In this document: positions 49,586 through 60,089 of the stretch, one piece after another
Numbering within the stretch: the stretch's first letter is position 1
Layout: every line of letters starts with the position of its first letter
NCBI GenBank assembly: GCA_965243025.1
Contig: CBDETY010000003.1
Coordinates: forward strand, 4,320,001-4,384,000
Direction of reading: 5' to 3'
Source: Candidatus Latescibacterota bacterium
GTDB taxonomy: Bacteria; Latescibacterota; UBA2968; UBA8231
Length of the DNA: 64,000 bases
Notes under the pieces: generated by a model
Databases searched by the model: none
Seen by the model: only the letters and a program-made list of their open reading frames with translations
Told to the model about the DNA's origin: nothing
Position numbers and translations under genes: made by a program

Positions 49586-51742
49586 TCAGAAGCGGGAGCT
49601 GACGGTGAGGCGGAAGCTCCGGGAAGCCCCCGGGTTGCGTTCCTGGATGTCGACGTATCCGGCCTGAAGCAGGTTGGCGACCTTGGTCTGCAGGTCCATG
49701 CCCATGACCTTGAAATTCAGCCGCAGGTCGACCACGGTGAAAGCAGTGCGTTTGTCGAAGGGGAAGACGAGGACCACCTCGGGCCGGCTGCGGTAGCGCA
49801 CGTCGAGGGCGGCCGAATCCTCCAGACCGGAAAGGGTCGCGGTGACGATATGGCGCGACCGGTAGGCGAGTTGCAGGCCGGTGCCGAGATCCCTGGAATC
49901 GATGAAGAGGTAGTTCGTCTGAAGATGGAGCATGTCCGGGACCAGTTCGGCGCGCAGGCCCGTGTCGATTCCCCTGACCCTGGCTTCGACGAAGTTCTGA
50001 AACTGGAAGGTGAAGATCTCCTGATCCGGGGCGAAAGCCACCTCGATCAGGCCGGAGTACTCGCTCCAGAAAAAACCGGTGTCGAGCCAGAGCCGGTCGC
50101 TGGGGCTCGCGGTGGCCCCGATCTCCCCTGCCCAGACGGATTCGCCGCGCAACTCGAGGTTCGGGATGACGCGGTAACCGAATACGGTCGTCGAGGAATA
50201 CTGCTCCGAGACGCTCGGGGCCCGGTAGCCCCGGCTCAGCGAAGTCCGCAGGCTCAAACGGTCCACCAGATGGTATACGGCGCCGATTTTGGGATTCAGC
50301 GCCAGGTCGCTTTCGGCGAACGAAGCCCTGTGCATGTCGAGGCGGATCCCGACCGAACCCTGCAAGCGCTCGGAAAACTCGATCTCGTCCTGACCGAACA
50401 GCGCCAGGTCGGTCACGTCCGGATCCGGGTCCAGAAAGTTCGACGCCACCCCGGTGTAGGCCGCCTCTCCGCCGAGCGTCACCGTGTGCCGGTTTCCCGT
50501 GAACAGGGACAGCTGGAGATCGGTGCCGTAGCGGGTGGAACGGTGGAAGTCGTTGTTGTTGTGGAAGTGGTTCCGCGCACGCAAGTGCAGGATCTGGGGG
50601 CGCAGCTCGAACTTGAGCCTCGGGGTGACCACCGGGGTGGCGGTGAGACCGACGAGCAGGTCCGACTCCCGCTTCCAGTCCCCCAGGTAGATCGGTTCGA
50701 CTTCGAGGCGGTGCCTCTGCGACCTCCAGGTGAAGAACTCCTCCGCGTCCTCGCGCTTCCAGGTCGCAAACAGCTCCAGGGGGGTCGCCGACCTCGCCCC
50801 GAATACCGCCTTTGCCCGCAGGCGCCACCGGTCCACCTCTCCGTTCTGCCGAAAGCCGGCCGAACCCTCGCGACCCGCGAACAGCGTGGTGTGGGCGCTG
50901 CCGACCTTGCGGGAATGCTGGACCTGGATTCCCTGTAAGCTCAGGCGTTCGTCGGAGAAAACCAGTGAGTCGGGAGTGTTGAAGAGGCCGTAGTATCCCC
51001 GCACCACGGTCCGGGTTTCCTCCGGCGGCGGCCGCGTTATAATGTTGACGACGCCCCCCAGGGCGTTGGTGCCCCAGAGCGTCGAGTGCGGCCCCTTGAC
51101 GATCTCGATCCGTTCCACGTCCAGAGTCGGAAGGATCCCGAAGTCGACGGAGGAGCCCACCCCGGAGAGCGTCCGGTGGCCGTCGAGAAGCATGAGCACC
51201 CTGCTGCCCACGCCCCGCGACAGCCCGCTGGAACCGCGGATGTCCATCTGGCCGGCATTGAAGGTCACGCCCTGCGCGAAAGGAAGCGCCTCGGTGAGAT
51301 CGGCGACGCTTCGCCGCTCCAGCTCGCCGCCGCTGATCACGGCGACGCTGGTGGGGGCTTCGCCCGGGTGTGTCCCCCGGTTCGCCGTGACGGTCAGGCC
51401 CGGCACCTCGAAGTGGAGCCGCTCCATTGCGAAACGCAGCGGCTCATCCCCTGCCTCGCCCGGCTGGATCGTGCGCGCGACGGTGCGGAACCCCCCGGCG
51501 ACCACAACGAGGGTGTAGGCGCCTTCGCCGGGCAGGGGTATCTCGAAGCTCCCGTCCTCCCCCGACGAAACCCACAAGGGCGTCGAGTGCACCAGGACAT
51601 CAGCGCCGAAGACCGGCTCCCCGGTCTCGGCGTGAACGAGGATGCCGCGGACCGTCGCCGACTCCTGAGCATCCAGCCGGAGGGGGGCCAGGAACGCTGC
51701 GAGGAGAACCAGCGCGGACCAAATGCGGGCGGGCTGAGCCAT
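49586..51742 (-). CDS. TonB-dependent receptor with N-terminal carboxypeptidase-regulatory-like domain
   Basis: Signal peptide from ATG 51742; TVTANR; IRG...VLMLLDG; IEIVKGP.STLWG.NALGGVVNIIT plug; C-terminal R.F......RF. Confidence 0.92.
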   Translation of the reverse strand: MAQPARIWSALVLLAAFLAPLRLDAQESATVRGILVHAETGEPVFGADVLVHSTPLWVSSGEDGSFEIPLPGEGAYTLVVVAGGFRTVARTIQPGEAGDEPLRFAMERLHFEVPGLTVTANRGTHPGEAPTSVAVISGGELERRSVADLTEALPFAQGVTFNAGQMDIRGSSGLSRGVGSRVLMLLDGHRTLSGVGSSVDFGILPTLDVERIEIVKGPHSTLWGTNALGGVVNIITRPPPEETRTVVRGYYGLFNTPDSLVFSDERLSLQGIQVQHSRKVGSAHTTLFAGREGSAGFRQNGEVDRWRLRAKAVFGARSATPLELFATWKREDAEEFFTWRSQRHRLEVEPIYLGDWKRESDLLVGLTATPVVTPRLKFELRPQILHLRARNHFHNNNDFHRSTRYGTDLQLSLFTGNRHTVTLGGEAAYTGVASNFLDPDPDVTDLALFGQDEIEFSERLQGSVGIRLDMHRASFAESDLALNPKIGAVYHLVDRLSLRTSLSRGYRAPSVSEQYSSTTVFGYRVIPNLELRGESVWAGEIGATASPSDRLWLDTGFFWSEYSGLIEVAFAPDQEIFTFQFQNFVEARVRGIDTGLRAELVPDMLHLQTNYLFIDSRDLGTGLQLAYRSRHIVTATLSGLEDSAALDVRYRSRPEVVLVFPFDKRTAFTVVDLRLNFKVMGMDLQTKVANLLQAGYVDIQERNPGASRSFRLTVSSRF

Positions 51743-52008
51743 CCTAAGGCTCCCCGGCGGTAACGCCAGGCGGGGACTCGACGGCATCGGCCGACAGGGT
51801 ATTGCCGTCGAGGGTGAAGGTGCCGTTTGTCTCGAGACGCAGCACGCGATCCTCCCAACTGTGGGCATGGGCAAAGCCGGGTGCGTCACCCCTGCTGTTT
51901 CAGCAATAAGATACCGTTTTTGGCCCCCGAACAAGGGAAATCAGCTTCGGATCGAGGTCCCGGCCGATCGCGAAAAAGGGGGGCTGCCTCCTTCCGGAAT
52001 TCGAGTCG

Positions 52009-52323
52009 TCAGGAAACGTATCTCTGAATGCCGACGACGAGGGCTATGGTCAGGGCCGACATGAGCGCGACACCGGCGAGCACGATGGTCAGAGTCTTGC
52101 TGATGAACAGCCAGATCCCCAGGCCCATCAAAACGGTCACCACCCCGAGAAGGAAGAGCATCAACCCGACCCAGCGGCCCAACCCCTTCCTGTCGGCGAC
52201 CCGGTCCGGCTGGAGACCGGCGATCAGGCCGAACTGTTGCCTGACCCCGATCAGATAGGCGATGACGAAGAGCGGCAGGGCGGAGAGCAGCATGACCAGG
52301 AAGACAACCAGGCCTTCGTCCAT
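52009..52323 (-). CDS. Small membrane protein (DUF3784-like)
   Basis: Three TM segments and LIAG motif; RBS AAAGGA. Confidence 0.6.
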   Translation of the reverse strand: MDEGLVVFLVMLLSALPLFVIAYLIGVRQQFGLIAGLQPDRVADRKGLGRWVGLMLFLLGVVTVLMGLGIWLFISKTLTIVLAGVALMSALTIALVVGIQRYVS

Positions 52324-52437
52324 ACGAGCATCCTTTCCGTCAGAGATCCCTTCTTCTCGTGATGCGGGGGCCGCCACCCCCTTCGCGGCGGCGGCGAACC
52401 CGGAGGCTGCGGCATGGTCAAGCACCCGCCCGATCGC

Positions 52438-53826
52438 TCAATTGGCCGCGGACGGGCCGCCCCCGGCCGGCTCGAAATACTCGCGCGTAACCCTGAAGAC
52501 CATCGGCGCCAGCAGCAGCAGGCCGACGAGGTTGGGCACCGCCATCAGGCCGTTCAGCGTATCCGACAGGTTCCACACCAGATCCACCTTCACGTTGGCG
52601 AAACCCAACGCCGCCAGGACCCACAGCCCGCGGTAGACGAGCAGGCTCTTTTCGCCCAACAGGTACTGCCAGCAACGCTCGCCGTAGTAAGACCATCCGA
52701 GAATGGTCGTGAAGGCGAATACCGCCAGGGCGATGGTGACGATGTACTGGCCGCCGGCCATGGTGGTATGGAAGGCGGTGGATGTCAGCACGGCGCCGGT
52801 CAGGGCGCCGCCGTCCGCACCTGTCATCGTCCACGCGCCGGACGTGAGGATCACCAGCGAAGTCACCGTACACACGACAAGGGTGTCGATGAAGGTCCCG
52901 AGCATGGCGACGATGCCCTGCCGCACGGGGCTGTCGGTGCGTGCGGCGGCGTGGGCGATGGCGGCCGAGCCCAGGCCCGATTCGTTGGAGAACACCCCCC
53001 GCGCCACGCCGAAGCGGACGGCCGCGGCGACCGCGGCTCCGCCGAAGCCGCCGGCCGCGGCCGCGGGGGTGAACGCGTGGGTGAAGATCAAGCCGAAGGC
53101 CGCCGGCACCTCGGCGATGTTGAGGAGGACGATCAGGACCGCGGCACCCAGATAGAGCACGATCATGGCCGGCACCAGCCTGCCTGCGACCTCCCCGATC
53201 CGCCGGATTCCGCCGATGATGACAACGGCAACCAGTACGGCGACAACCACGCCCGTCAGCCAGACCGGCAACCCGAAGCTGTCCCCCAGCGCGGCCGCCA
53301 TCGAGTTGACCTGCACGGCGTTGCCGATGCCGAAAGCGGCCACGGCGCCGAACAGGGCGAATCCCAGCCCCAGCCACTTGCCCAGTTCGGGGGCGAAGTC
53401 GCCGACGCCGTTGCGCAGGTAGTACATCGGTCCGCCGACGTACTTGCCCGACTTGTCGACCTCGCGGTAGGTGACGGCGCATACCGCTTCGGCGTACTTG
53501 GTGGCCATGCCGAACAGCGCGATCAGCCACATGTAGAAGATCGCCCCCGGACCTCCCAGCGCGATGGCCGTGGCGACGCCGGCGATATTCCCGGTGCCGA
53601 CGGTTGCCGACAGGGCGGTCATCAGCGCGTTGAAGGGCTTGACCTCGCCGGCGCCGCCGGGGTCGCTCCGGTCGAAGAGCAGCCGGAATCCGTACCCCAG
53701 CTTGCGCCACGGCATGAACACCAGACCCAGGGTCAGGAGCAGGCCGGTGACCCCCAGCATGCTGAGCATGGGCGGGCCCCAGACAAAGGCGTTGATCGAA
53801 TCGATGAACGAGTTCAGTCGGTCCAT
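52438..53826 (-). CDS. Sodium:alanine/glycine symporter (AGCS family)
   Basis: ALSATVGTGNIAGVATAI..GGPGA.F.MW, GGPMYY, RGVFSNESGLGS, FIDT.VVC, AF.TILGW.YYGE. Confidence 0.95.
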   Translation of the reverse strand: MDRLNSFIDSINAFVWGPPMLSMLGVTGLLLTLGLVFMPWRKLGYGFRLLFDRSDPGGAGEVKPFNALMTALSATVGTGNIAGVATAIALGGPGAIFYMWLIALFGMATKYAEAVCAVTYREVDKSGKYVGGPMYYLRNGVGDFAPELGKWLGLGFALFGAVAAFGIGNAVQVNSMAAALGDSFGLPVWLTGVVVAVLVAVVIIGGIRRIGEVAGRLVPAMIVLYLGAAVLIVLLNIAEVPAAFGLIFTHAFTPAAAAGGFGGAAVAAAVRFGVARGVFSNESGLGSAAIAHAAARTDSPVRQGIVAMLGTFIDTLVVCTVTSLVILTSGAWTMTGADGGALTGAVLTSTAFHTTMAGGQYIVTIALAVFAFTTILGWSYYGERCWQYLLGEKSLLVYRGLWVLAALGFANVKVDLVWNLSDTLNGLMAVPNLVGLLLLAPMVFRVTREYFEPAGGGPSAAN

Positions 53827-53973
53827 TTCATCTCCAGGAGATCGGCGGCGCGGGCGCAGAAGACACGGTCGGCCGGCACCGGCATCGGTGTATGGGGAAA
53901 CCAGGTCACCTTCCGGGACTCTCTGTCGAGGCACCGGACACACGCAAGGGGGGCGGAGTGAGCGCGCTGAAAA

Positions 53974-55344
53974 TCATCTGCACGCCTTCCTGAACTGCGA
54001 GCCGTACAAGATGGTCCCGTAATAGTTGAACCACCTTTTCGCCGCAGGATCGTCGAAGGGGTATTCCGCGCCGAGCTGTCTTGCCGCGGCGAGCCCGGTG
54101 ACCAGGCAGGTTTCCTGGCTGTTGATCAGCGTGTGAGCGCCGCAGTGCCACGTTCGTCTCCTGCCCTGGATGAAGCGGAACAAGCTCACGAGCAGCGCAA
54201 CGTGGCGCACGTCGTGGACGATGTGCTGGAACGACAACCTCCTGACGACCTTTCCCTCGTCGATCGGGCTGACTGGATTGTAGGTCACCAGGCAGGGCCT
54301 GTCCGAGCGATTCGCCCACGGCTGCTGGTTGTGCATGATGTAGGTGATTTCATAGTTGTCCGGTCTCGCGCCGTACTGCTCGATATGGTTGCTCCGCGTT
54401 TCCAGGGGCTTCACCTCGTTGTCCGGAAGAACCGAGGAGTCGGAGTGGACGACCGCCCGGTGGTGGAGCTCGGTATCGTAGCGTATCGACGAGAGAATCC
54501 GGCGCTCGAGAAACGTCGGCTTGTCGAGGATAGCCAGCGTATGGTTCGCGTTGCATGCCAGAATCACCTCGTCGAACTCCTCCCGAATGCCCTCTTCGTC
54601 CTCGACCACGACGCGGGACGACTGCCGGTACACCTTCCGGACAGGCCGGTTGAGGCAGATCCGGTCCCTGAAGTCAGCGCACAGATTTTCGTAGATGCGC
54701 CGGGTTCCCTGGTCCCAGGTGTTCATGGGCGTGGCGGATTCGATATCGAAGAATTGGAGATACCTCGCGAAGAGGGATGCCGGCATGGCGAACACATCGG
54801 TCGCCATCAGGAAATTGACGAACATCGGCTTGAGGATCTTGTACCTGAAGTCGTCGGAAAATCCCCCCAGGTTCAGAACCGTCCCCATGCTGATGTAGTT
54901 GAACGGGTCGAGGGCGTTGAGCAGCTTCGACCGGGAACGGCTCAGCCAGCCGATCCGGTGCAGGCGCCTGAGGACCCGCTGGAACTTCGCAATTTCTGGT
55001 TGCAGCTGCTTCCTGATGTCTGAATCGAAATCGTGGGCGTATACACGGCCGCCGTACTTCACGCTGTAGCTGAACCGGGTAGCGATCAGCTCGATGCCGA
55101 ACCTTTCCATCAACAGCAGGATGTGGTGATACACCGACGGGATACAGGCAGTGACGGATATGTCGAAGGGAATCGAGCTGCCGTCGTTCTGGGGCATATC
55201 GGCTGTAACCGCGTTCCCGCCGACCTGTTCCCCGGCCTCGAACAGCCTGAAATCGAAACGGTCCGGGTGATGGTGCAGCGCCCATGCGGCACCCAGCCCC
55301 GAAACACCTCCGCCTACAATGGCAATCCTCCGCGGCATCGTCAT
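53974..55344 (-). CDS. FAD-dependent oxidoreductase (flavin amine-oxidase-like)
   Basis: IAIVGGGVSGLGAAW, LFEA..QVGGNA, FDEVILAC, QG.RRTWHCGA. Confidence 0.85.
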   Translation of the reverse strand: MTMPRRIAIVGGGVSGLGAAWALHHHPDRFDFRLFEAGEQVGGNAVTADMPQNDGSSIPFDISVTACIPSVYHHILLLMERFGIELIATRFSYSVKYGGRVYAHDFDSDIRKQLQPEIAKFQRVLRRLHRIGWLSRSRSKLLNALDPFNYISMGTVLNLGGFSDDFRYKILKPMFVNFLMATDVFAMPASLFARYLQFFDIESATPMNTWDQGTRRIYENLCADFRDRICLNRPVRKVYRQSSRVVVEDEEGIREEFDEVILACNANHTLAILDKPTFLERRILSSIRYDTELHHRAVVHSDSSVLPDNEVKPLETRSNHIEQYGARPDNYEITYIMHNQQPWANRSDRPCLVTYNPVSPIDEGKVVRRLSFQHIVHDVRHVALLVSLFRFIQGRRRTWHCGAHTLINSQETCLVTGLAAARQLGAEYPFDDPAAKRWFNYYGTILYGSQFRKACR

Positions 55345-55575
55345 CGCCTCGCCGGTTTCCTGCGACGTCAGGTCACGCTGGACGTCTGTTCCCCCCGGGG
55401 CTTGCCGGAAGGCAGCAGGTCACTTCCATGTAACTGGCGAACCCACAGGCAATCGGCTCCATCCCTCTCGGAATAAGAAGCCGTCCGAAAACCCCCCGTA
55501 CGCCTCGTGCTCCAGGCATATCAGGGGTCTCCAGACGGCTTCCCGGGCTGACGCTTCCCGCCCGACCGTTTCGCC

Positions 55576-57216
55576 CTATTTGAGGTATAGCAGCCGGCGC
55601 GTCTGCACCCCGCCGGGATAGCTCAGGCGGGCGATGTAGATTCCCGACGACAGCGAGACGCCCTGCTGGTCGCGGGCATCCCACTCAACCTTGTAGGAGC
55701 CGGCGGCCTGGAACTCGTCGACCAGCGTTCGCACCGGCTGGCCCAGCACGTTGTAGACCGCCAGCTGCACCGGCCCGGAGCTGGACAGGCGGTAGGCAAT
55801 CTGCGTGGAGCTGTTGAAGGGGTTGGGCGCGTTGGGCGCCAGCCCGCCGGCCGCTGCCACTGCCTTGGCCGCGGCCATTGGTTCGACGCGTACGACCCTC
55901 ATTCCGCCGCCCAGGGTCAGTTCCAGGACCTGGCGTTTGTCGCGGTTGAGGGGAATGCTGTTCCACTGACCGACGACTTCCCCGGTGGCGTTGCGGGCCC
56001 GGGCCTGGTAGAAACCGCTAACCTGCCTGACGCTGGAAATGGTCAGGGATACCTGGCCGTCGGCATCGGTGAATGCGTTCCAGGCGAAATTGCGGGAACG
56101 GCCGGCGACTGCGCGGGAAAACTCGACCGCCAGCCCCTCGACGGCGTCGCCCAGGACCGTGACCTCCACTTCCGTACGGGTAATGTGTCTCAGGTCACTG
56201 CCGGGGTCCCCGGTATAGAACCCGGCACCGAGGACATATTCCCGACCCTGGAACGTGAACAGCTCGGCATAGCCCACCTTGGGAGAACCGATGTCTTCGT
56301 CTCCCGTCACCGCCGGATCGTCGAAGTAATACTCGACGAAGCCGCCGCCCTCCCTGGCCACCTTGATGAGCTCCTGGGCAACCTTGACTCCGTGGATATC
56401 CTCCCAAGGGGTGGCATCCCTCAGCTCCCGCGCCCGGTCGGCGCCGTGGAAGATTACATGGCCCTCGGTGGTGAAAAGAAAGAAATAAATGGAACCCTTC
56501 CTCCAGGGCCCTCCTTCTTCCCTGAAGATATCAAAATGGGGCAGGAGCTCATCGAGCGTGAATTGTTCCAGGGCCTTGTCATAACTCTCTATCGAGCCGT
56601 GTACAAAAGCCCTGAGGGTTTCCCGGTCCACCACGTCGGCGGCCGTAACCTCGGGGGGGTCAAAGATCGACGGATCGAAGGTTGTCGGGACGGCATGCGA
56701 GGGGTCCTGGTAATAGCCGCCGATCAGCACCACCGTGGTAGCCGTCGTTCCGGAGGTATAGCTGGTGGCGTAGGCGGTCTTGGCGGTCTCTTCGTCCCCC
56801 TCCTGCTCCGGATCGTCCCAGTAATACTCGACGTGGCCTCCGCCCATCCCGGCTGCCGCCAGAAGGGCTTGCACGACCTTGTTCCCACGGTCGTCTTCTG
56901 CTTCGTACAGGCTCTGGCCGTTCACAGTCGGGTCATCTGTGTGAATGATCACCGTGCCGTTCGGCAACATGAGGATGAGGTAGGTGTTCCCGTGCTTCCA
57001 GTCGCCCTCGGTACTGATGGCGCCCACATAGGCCGGGAAATCGTTGGGATCGGTAAACGTCGCCGACCATTCCCGTGCGGCTTCCACGAACGCCTCCAGC
57101 GTTTCCGCGTCCACCACGTCGCCGGCCGTTACTTCCGGGGTCTGGCCTGGGGTGGGACAGGTGGCGACGAAGAGGGCGGCCAACCCCGACATGAGTGCTG
57201 CGGTCAGATGCTTCAC
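55576..57216 (-). CDS. Secreted protein with two single-Cache (sCache_2-like) domains, an Ig-like domain and a C-terminal FlgD/CTD domain
   Basis: AAGGAG plus GTG and a signal peptide; twice PEVTA.DVVD.ETL.AFV...W..G..Y...D..G.KV...L...A..GGG.VEYY.DDP...K..YA; tail NAPNPFNSST.I.Y...VYNVLGQ.VR.L...WD..SSGIY. Confidence 0.8.
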   Translation of the reverse strand: MKHLTAALMSGLAALFVATCPTPGQTPEVTAGDVVDAETLEAFVEAAREWSATFTDPNDFPAYVGAISTEGDWKHGNTYLILMLPNGTVIIHTDDPTVNGQSLYEAEDDRGNKVVQALLAAAGMGGGHVEYYWDDPEQEGDEETAKTAYATSYTSGTTATTVVLIGGYYQDPSHAVPTTFDPSIFDPPEVTAADVVDRETLRAFVHGSIESYDKALEQFTLDELLPHFDIFREEGGPWRKGSIYFFLFTTEGHVIFHGADRARELRDATPWEDIHGVKVAQELIKVAREGGGFVEYYFDDPAVTGDEDIGSPKVGYAELFTFQGREYVLGAGFYTGDPGSDLRHITRTEVEVTVLGDAVEGLAVEFSRAVAGRSRNFAWNAFTDADGQVSLTISSVRQVSGFYQARARNATGEVVGQWNSIPLNRDKRQVLELTLGGGMRVVRVEPMAAAKAVAAAGGLAPNAPNPFNSSTQIAYRLSSSGPVQLAVYNVLGQPVRTLVDEFQAAGSYKVEWDARDQQGVSLSSGIYIARLSYPGGVQTRRLLYLK

Positions 57217-57326
57217 GATGCTCTCCTTTTTGGGGGAAGTTGAGGAGGATGTGAATGAAATGCGCTTCGCTGCAGGACGGCAAGGCGTAAGGTACGCCAC
57301 TTCTTCGAAGATAGTTCCCCTCCATT

Positions 57327-58451
57327 CTACCAATCCACGACCGACCCGTCCTCGGGGTCATGGCTGACTCGACAGGGCCCCGGGTCCCCGACCAGGTCCA
57401 TGAGCCTGTCTTCGTCGATGGTGATGCCGAGGCCGGGATCGGTGGGCACGGGTCGATGGCCGTTGGCGACCGGTGCCAGGGGTTTGGCGAGCAGGTCCTC
57501 GTATTCGTTGTCGCCGCGCTCCTGGATCAGAAAGTTGGGAATGGCGGCGGCGATCTGCAGGCTCGCGGCGAGCGAACAGGGACCTTGCGGGTTGTGCGGG
57601 GCCAGCGGCGAGTAGTAGGCCTCGGCCATGCCGGCGATGATCTTCAGTTCGGTGATGCCGCCGGCATAGCAGACATCCGGCTGCAGGATGTGGGCGGCGC
57701 GCTTTTCGAGGATCTCCTTGAACCCCCACTTGGTAAAGATGCGCTCGCCGGTGGCGATGGGGATGTGGGTCTTTTCGGCGAGCTCGGCCATGACGTCGAC
57801 GTTCAGGGCCTGCACGATTTCCTCGTAGAACCAGGGATGATACGGTTCGAGCGCCTTGATGAGCAGCATGGCGGTAGGAGGTTGCACCGCGCCGTGAAAG
57901 TCAACTGCAATATCCACGCCGGAGCCGTGCTGTTCGCGAAGCGCCCTGAAACGCTCGACGATCTCGTCGACGAATTTCTGCCCCTCGATGTACTTGAAGG
58001 GAGACCGCGACGTGCCCGGCCCCACCTTCATGGCGTTGACCCCGGTCTTCTCGCTCACCTCGCCGTAAACCCGAATCCGCTCGCGCGTGGGGCCGCCGAG
58101 CAGCTTGTACACGGGCACGCCATGGCATTTTCCGGTGATGTCCCAAAGGGCCATGTCGATGCCGGAGGAGATGGCGGTTTTGATCGGGCCGCCGCGATAG
58201 AAGGCGCCGCGGTGGATGGCCTGCCAGTGGTGGGTGACCGGGCGGGGATCCTTGCCCACCAGATAGCCGGCGACCTCGAGCGCGCCGGCGGCGCAGGCCC
58301 TGGCGTCGTCCTTGAGCATCTCGCCCCAACCGGTGATGCCCGCATCCGTCGAGATCTTTACGAAGACCCAGGAGTTTCTGAGAACGAACGTCTCGATCCT
58401 GGTGACCTTGATCGCATCGTTGGGTCCGACAAGGGCTTCGGTGCCCGACAT
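57327..58451 (-). CDS. dgoD: Galactonate dehydratase-like enolase-superfamily enzyme
   Basis: FYRGGPI..AISSGIDMALWDI.GK, VDFHG, FYEE, ATGER, LQPD, APHNPQGP. Confidence 0.8.
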   Translation of the reverse strand: MSGTEALVGPNDAIKVTRIETFVLRNSWVFVKISTDAGITGWGEMLKDDARACAAGALEVAGYLVGKDPRPVTHHWQAIHRGAFYRGGPIKTAISSGIDMALWDITGKCHGVPVYKLLGGPTRERIRVYGEVSEKTGVNAMKVGPGTSRSPFKYIEGQKFVDEIVERFRALREQHGSGVDIAVDFHGAVQPPTAMLLIKALEPYHPWFYEEIVQALNVDVMAELAEKTHIPIATGERIFTKWGFKEILEKRAAHILQPDVCYAGGITELKIIAGMAEAYYSPLAPHNPQGPCSLAASLQIAAAIPNFLIQERGDNEYEDLLAKPLAPVANGHRPVPTDPGLGITIDEDRLMDLVGDPGPCRVSHDPEDGSVVDW

Positions 58452-58523
58452 GGAGTACTCCCCCCTAGCTATGGGCGCGGCCCGCGAACGGAGGATGTTC
58501 CCGCAACAGCGCCCATCGTCTCT

Positions 58524-60089
58524 TCAGCGCATGAGATCGGCGATGCGCTCGCCGATGGCCATCGAGGTGACGTTGGTGTTGGCGCGCACGCAGTCGGGCA
58601 TGACGGCCGCGTCGGCGACGCGCAGGTTTTCGATGCCGTGCACCCGGCCGTACTGATCGACGACGGCCATCGCGTCGCTCGCCGGTCCCATCTTGCAGGT
58701 CGAGGAGACGTGGTGGCTGGTGCCCACTTCGCGCCGCATCCACTCGTCGAGGGCGTCGTCGGTGTCGAGCTCGGCGTCGGTGGGGCCGATGCGCCCGGCG
58801 ACCAGGGAGTCGAGTGCCTCGTGTTCGAGCAGGTCGACGATGATGCGGACGGATTCGCGCAGCCGGCGGCAGTCCGAGGGCTCGGCCAGGTAGTTGTAGT
58901 CGAGCACGGGCTGCACGTGGGGGTCGGTGGAAGCCAGTTCGAGTTTCCCCTGCCCCTCGGCGAGGTAGATGCAGGCGACCAGGTAAAACCCCAGAGGTCT
59001 GGAATACGACGAGGCGTAGTAGCCCTCCTCGGTGGCAAAGGAGGCCGGGATCACGAACATGTCGTTGCGCCAGTCCGATCCGGCGGCGGTGTAGCGCAGG
59101 CCGATCTGCAGCCGGGGCTCCGTGCCGTCGCCGAGGTACTCCTCCTTTGCCCGCAAAGTCACGCTCACCTGCGGATGGTCGCGCAGATTCCGGCCGACGC
59201 CTGGAAGGTCGCAGACCACGTCGACGCCCATTGCCTCCAGGTGCGCGGCCGGCCCGACCCCCGACAGCAGGAGCAGGTGCGGCGAGCCTATAGCCCCGCC
59301 GCAGAGGACGATCTCTCCGCCGTGGACCGTCGACAGGGCGCCGCCGCGCTCGACGAGCAGGCCGGTGGCGCGCCGGCCGTCGAAGAGCACGCGGTGGACG
59401 TGGCTGTCGGCCTGGATGGTGAGGTTGGGGCGCCCGCGGGCCGGGTCGAGGTAGCCGATGTTGGAGCTCCAGCGAATGCCCTCGGGGTTGTTGAGAGCCA
59501 GGGGGCCGACGCCGGTTGAAGCAGGGTCGTTGTGATCGGGGCAGTCGGGGTAGCCGGCGGCGAGCGCCGCCTCGTAGAAGGCGCGGTGCTCGGGGTTGAG
59601 CTCGTGATCCCTGAACCGCCGCGCGCGGATGGGGCCGTCGGCGCCGTGGTAGGGGGCGTCGCCGTAGTCGGGGTCGGATTCGAGGCGGCACAGGAAGGGC
59701 AGCAGGGCGTCGTGGCTCCACAGGTCGTTGCCCGCCGCCGCCCACGAGTCGTAGTCCTCGGGCACTCCCCGCAGGAAGATCTGCGCGTTCACCGCACTCG
59801 AGCCGCCGACGATTTTCCCGCGCGGCACGAACATGTCGGGGCGCAGGTCGGTTGCGCGGGCGCGGTACTCCCAGCCGAACCGGGTGCCCGCGCCGAAGGC
59901 GCGATCCCAGATATTGCGGTCGCGCCCGTAGGCATGGCGGATCTCCTCGGGCAGGTCTTCTACCGCGGGGAAATCCGGCCCGGCCTCCAGCAGCAGGACC
60001 GAGCGGCTCGGATCTTCGCTCAGCCGCGCCGCAAGCGCCGCTCCCGCCGCTCCGGCCCCGGCAATGACGACATCGCAAGGCGCAGACAT
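58524..60089 (-). CDS. GMC-family FAD oxidoreductase (choline dehydrogenase/MftG-like)
   Basis: GAGAAG, LLLEAG, RGKIVGGSSAVN, GAIGSP.LLLLSGVG, VGRNLRDHP, HHVSSTCKMG, LRVADA, ANTN. Confidence 0.92.
   Translation of the reverse strand: MSAPCDVVIAGAGAAGAALAARLSEDPSRSVLLLEAGPDFPAVEDLPEEIRHAYGRDRNIWDRAFGAGTRFGWEYRARATDLRPDMFVPRGKIVGGSSAVNAQIFLRGVPEDYDSWAAAGNDLWSHDALLPFLCRLESDPDYGDAPYHGADGPIRARRFRDHELNPEHRAFYEAALAAGYPDCPDHNDPASTGVGPLALNNPEGIRWSSNIGYLDPARGRPNLTIQADSHVHRVLFDGRRATGLLVERGGALSTVHGGEIVLCGGAIGSPHLLLLSGVGPAAHLEAMGVDVVCDLPGVGRNLRDHPQVSVTLRAKEEYLGDGTEPRLQIGLRYTAAGSDWRNDMFVIPASFATEEGYYASSYSRPLGFYLVACIYLAEGQGKLELASTDPHVQPVLDYNYLAEPSDCRRLRESVRIIVDLLEHEALDSLVAGRIGPTDAELDTDDALDEWMRREVGTSHHVSSTCKMGPASDAMAVVDQYGRVHGIENLRVADAAVMPDCVRANTNVTSMAIGERIADLMR

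Noticed and set aside
51745-52005. Cobalamin or TPP riboswitch upstream of the TonB-dependent receptor
   Set aside because: One 10-bp hairpin (51777-51812) is present, but there is no B12 box and no CTGAGA/ACCTGAT core.
53830-53970. Glycine riboswitch upstream of the alanine/glycine symporter
   Set aside because: Only fragments (GAGAG, GAAGG) are present; the CTCTCAGG core and paired stems were not found. An Infernal search would settle it.
58524-60089. Mycofactocin system (MftG)
   Set aside because: Only generic GMC similarity; no mftA-F genes in the window.
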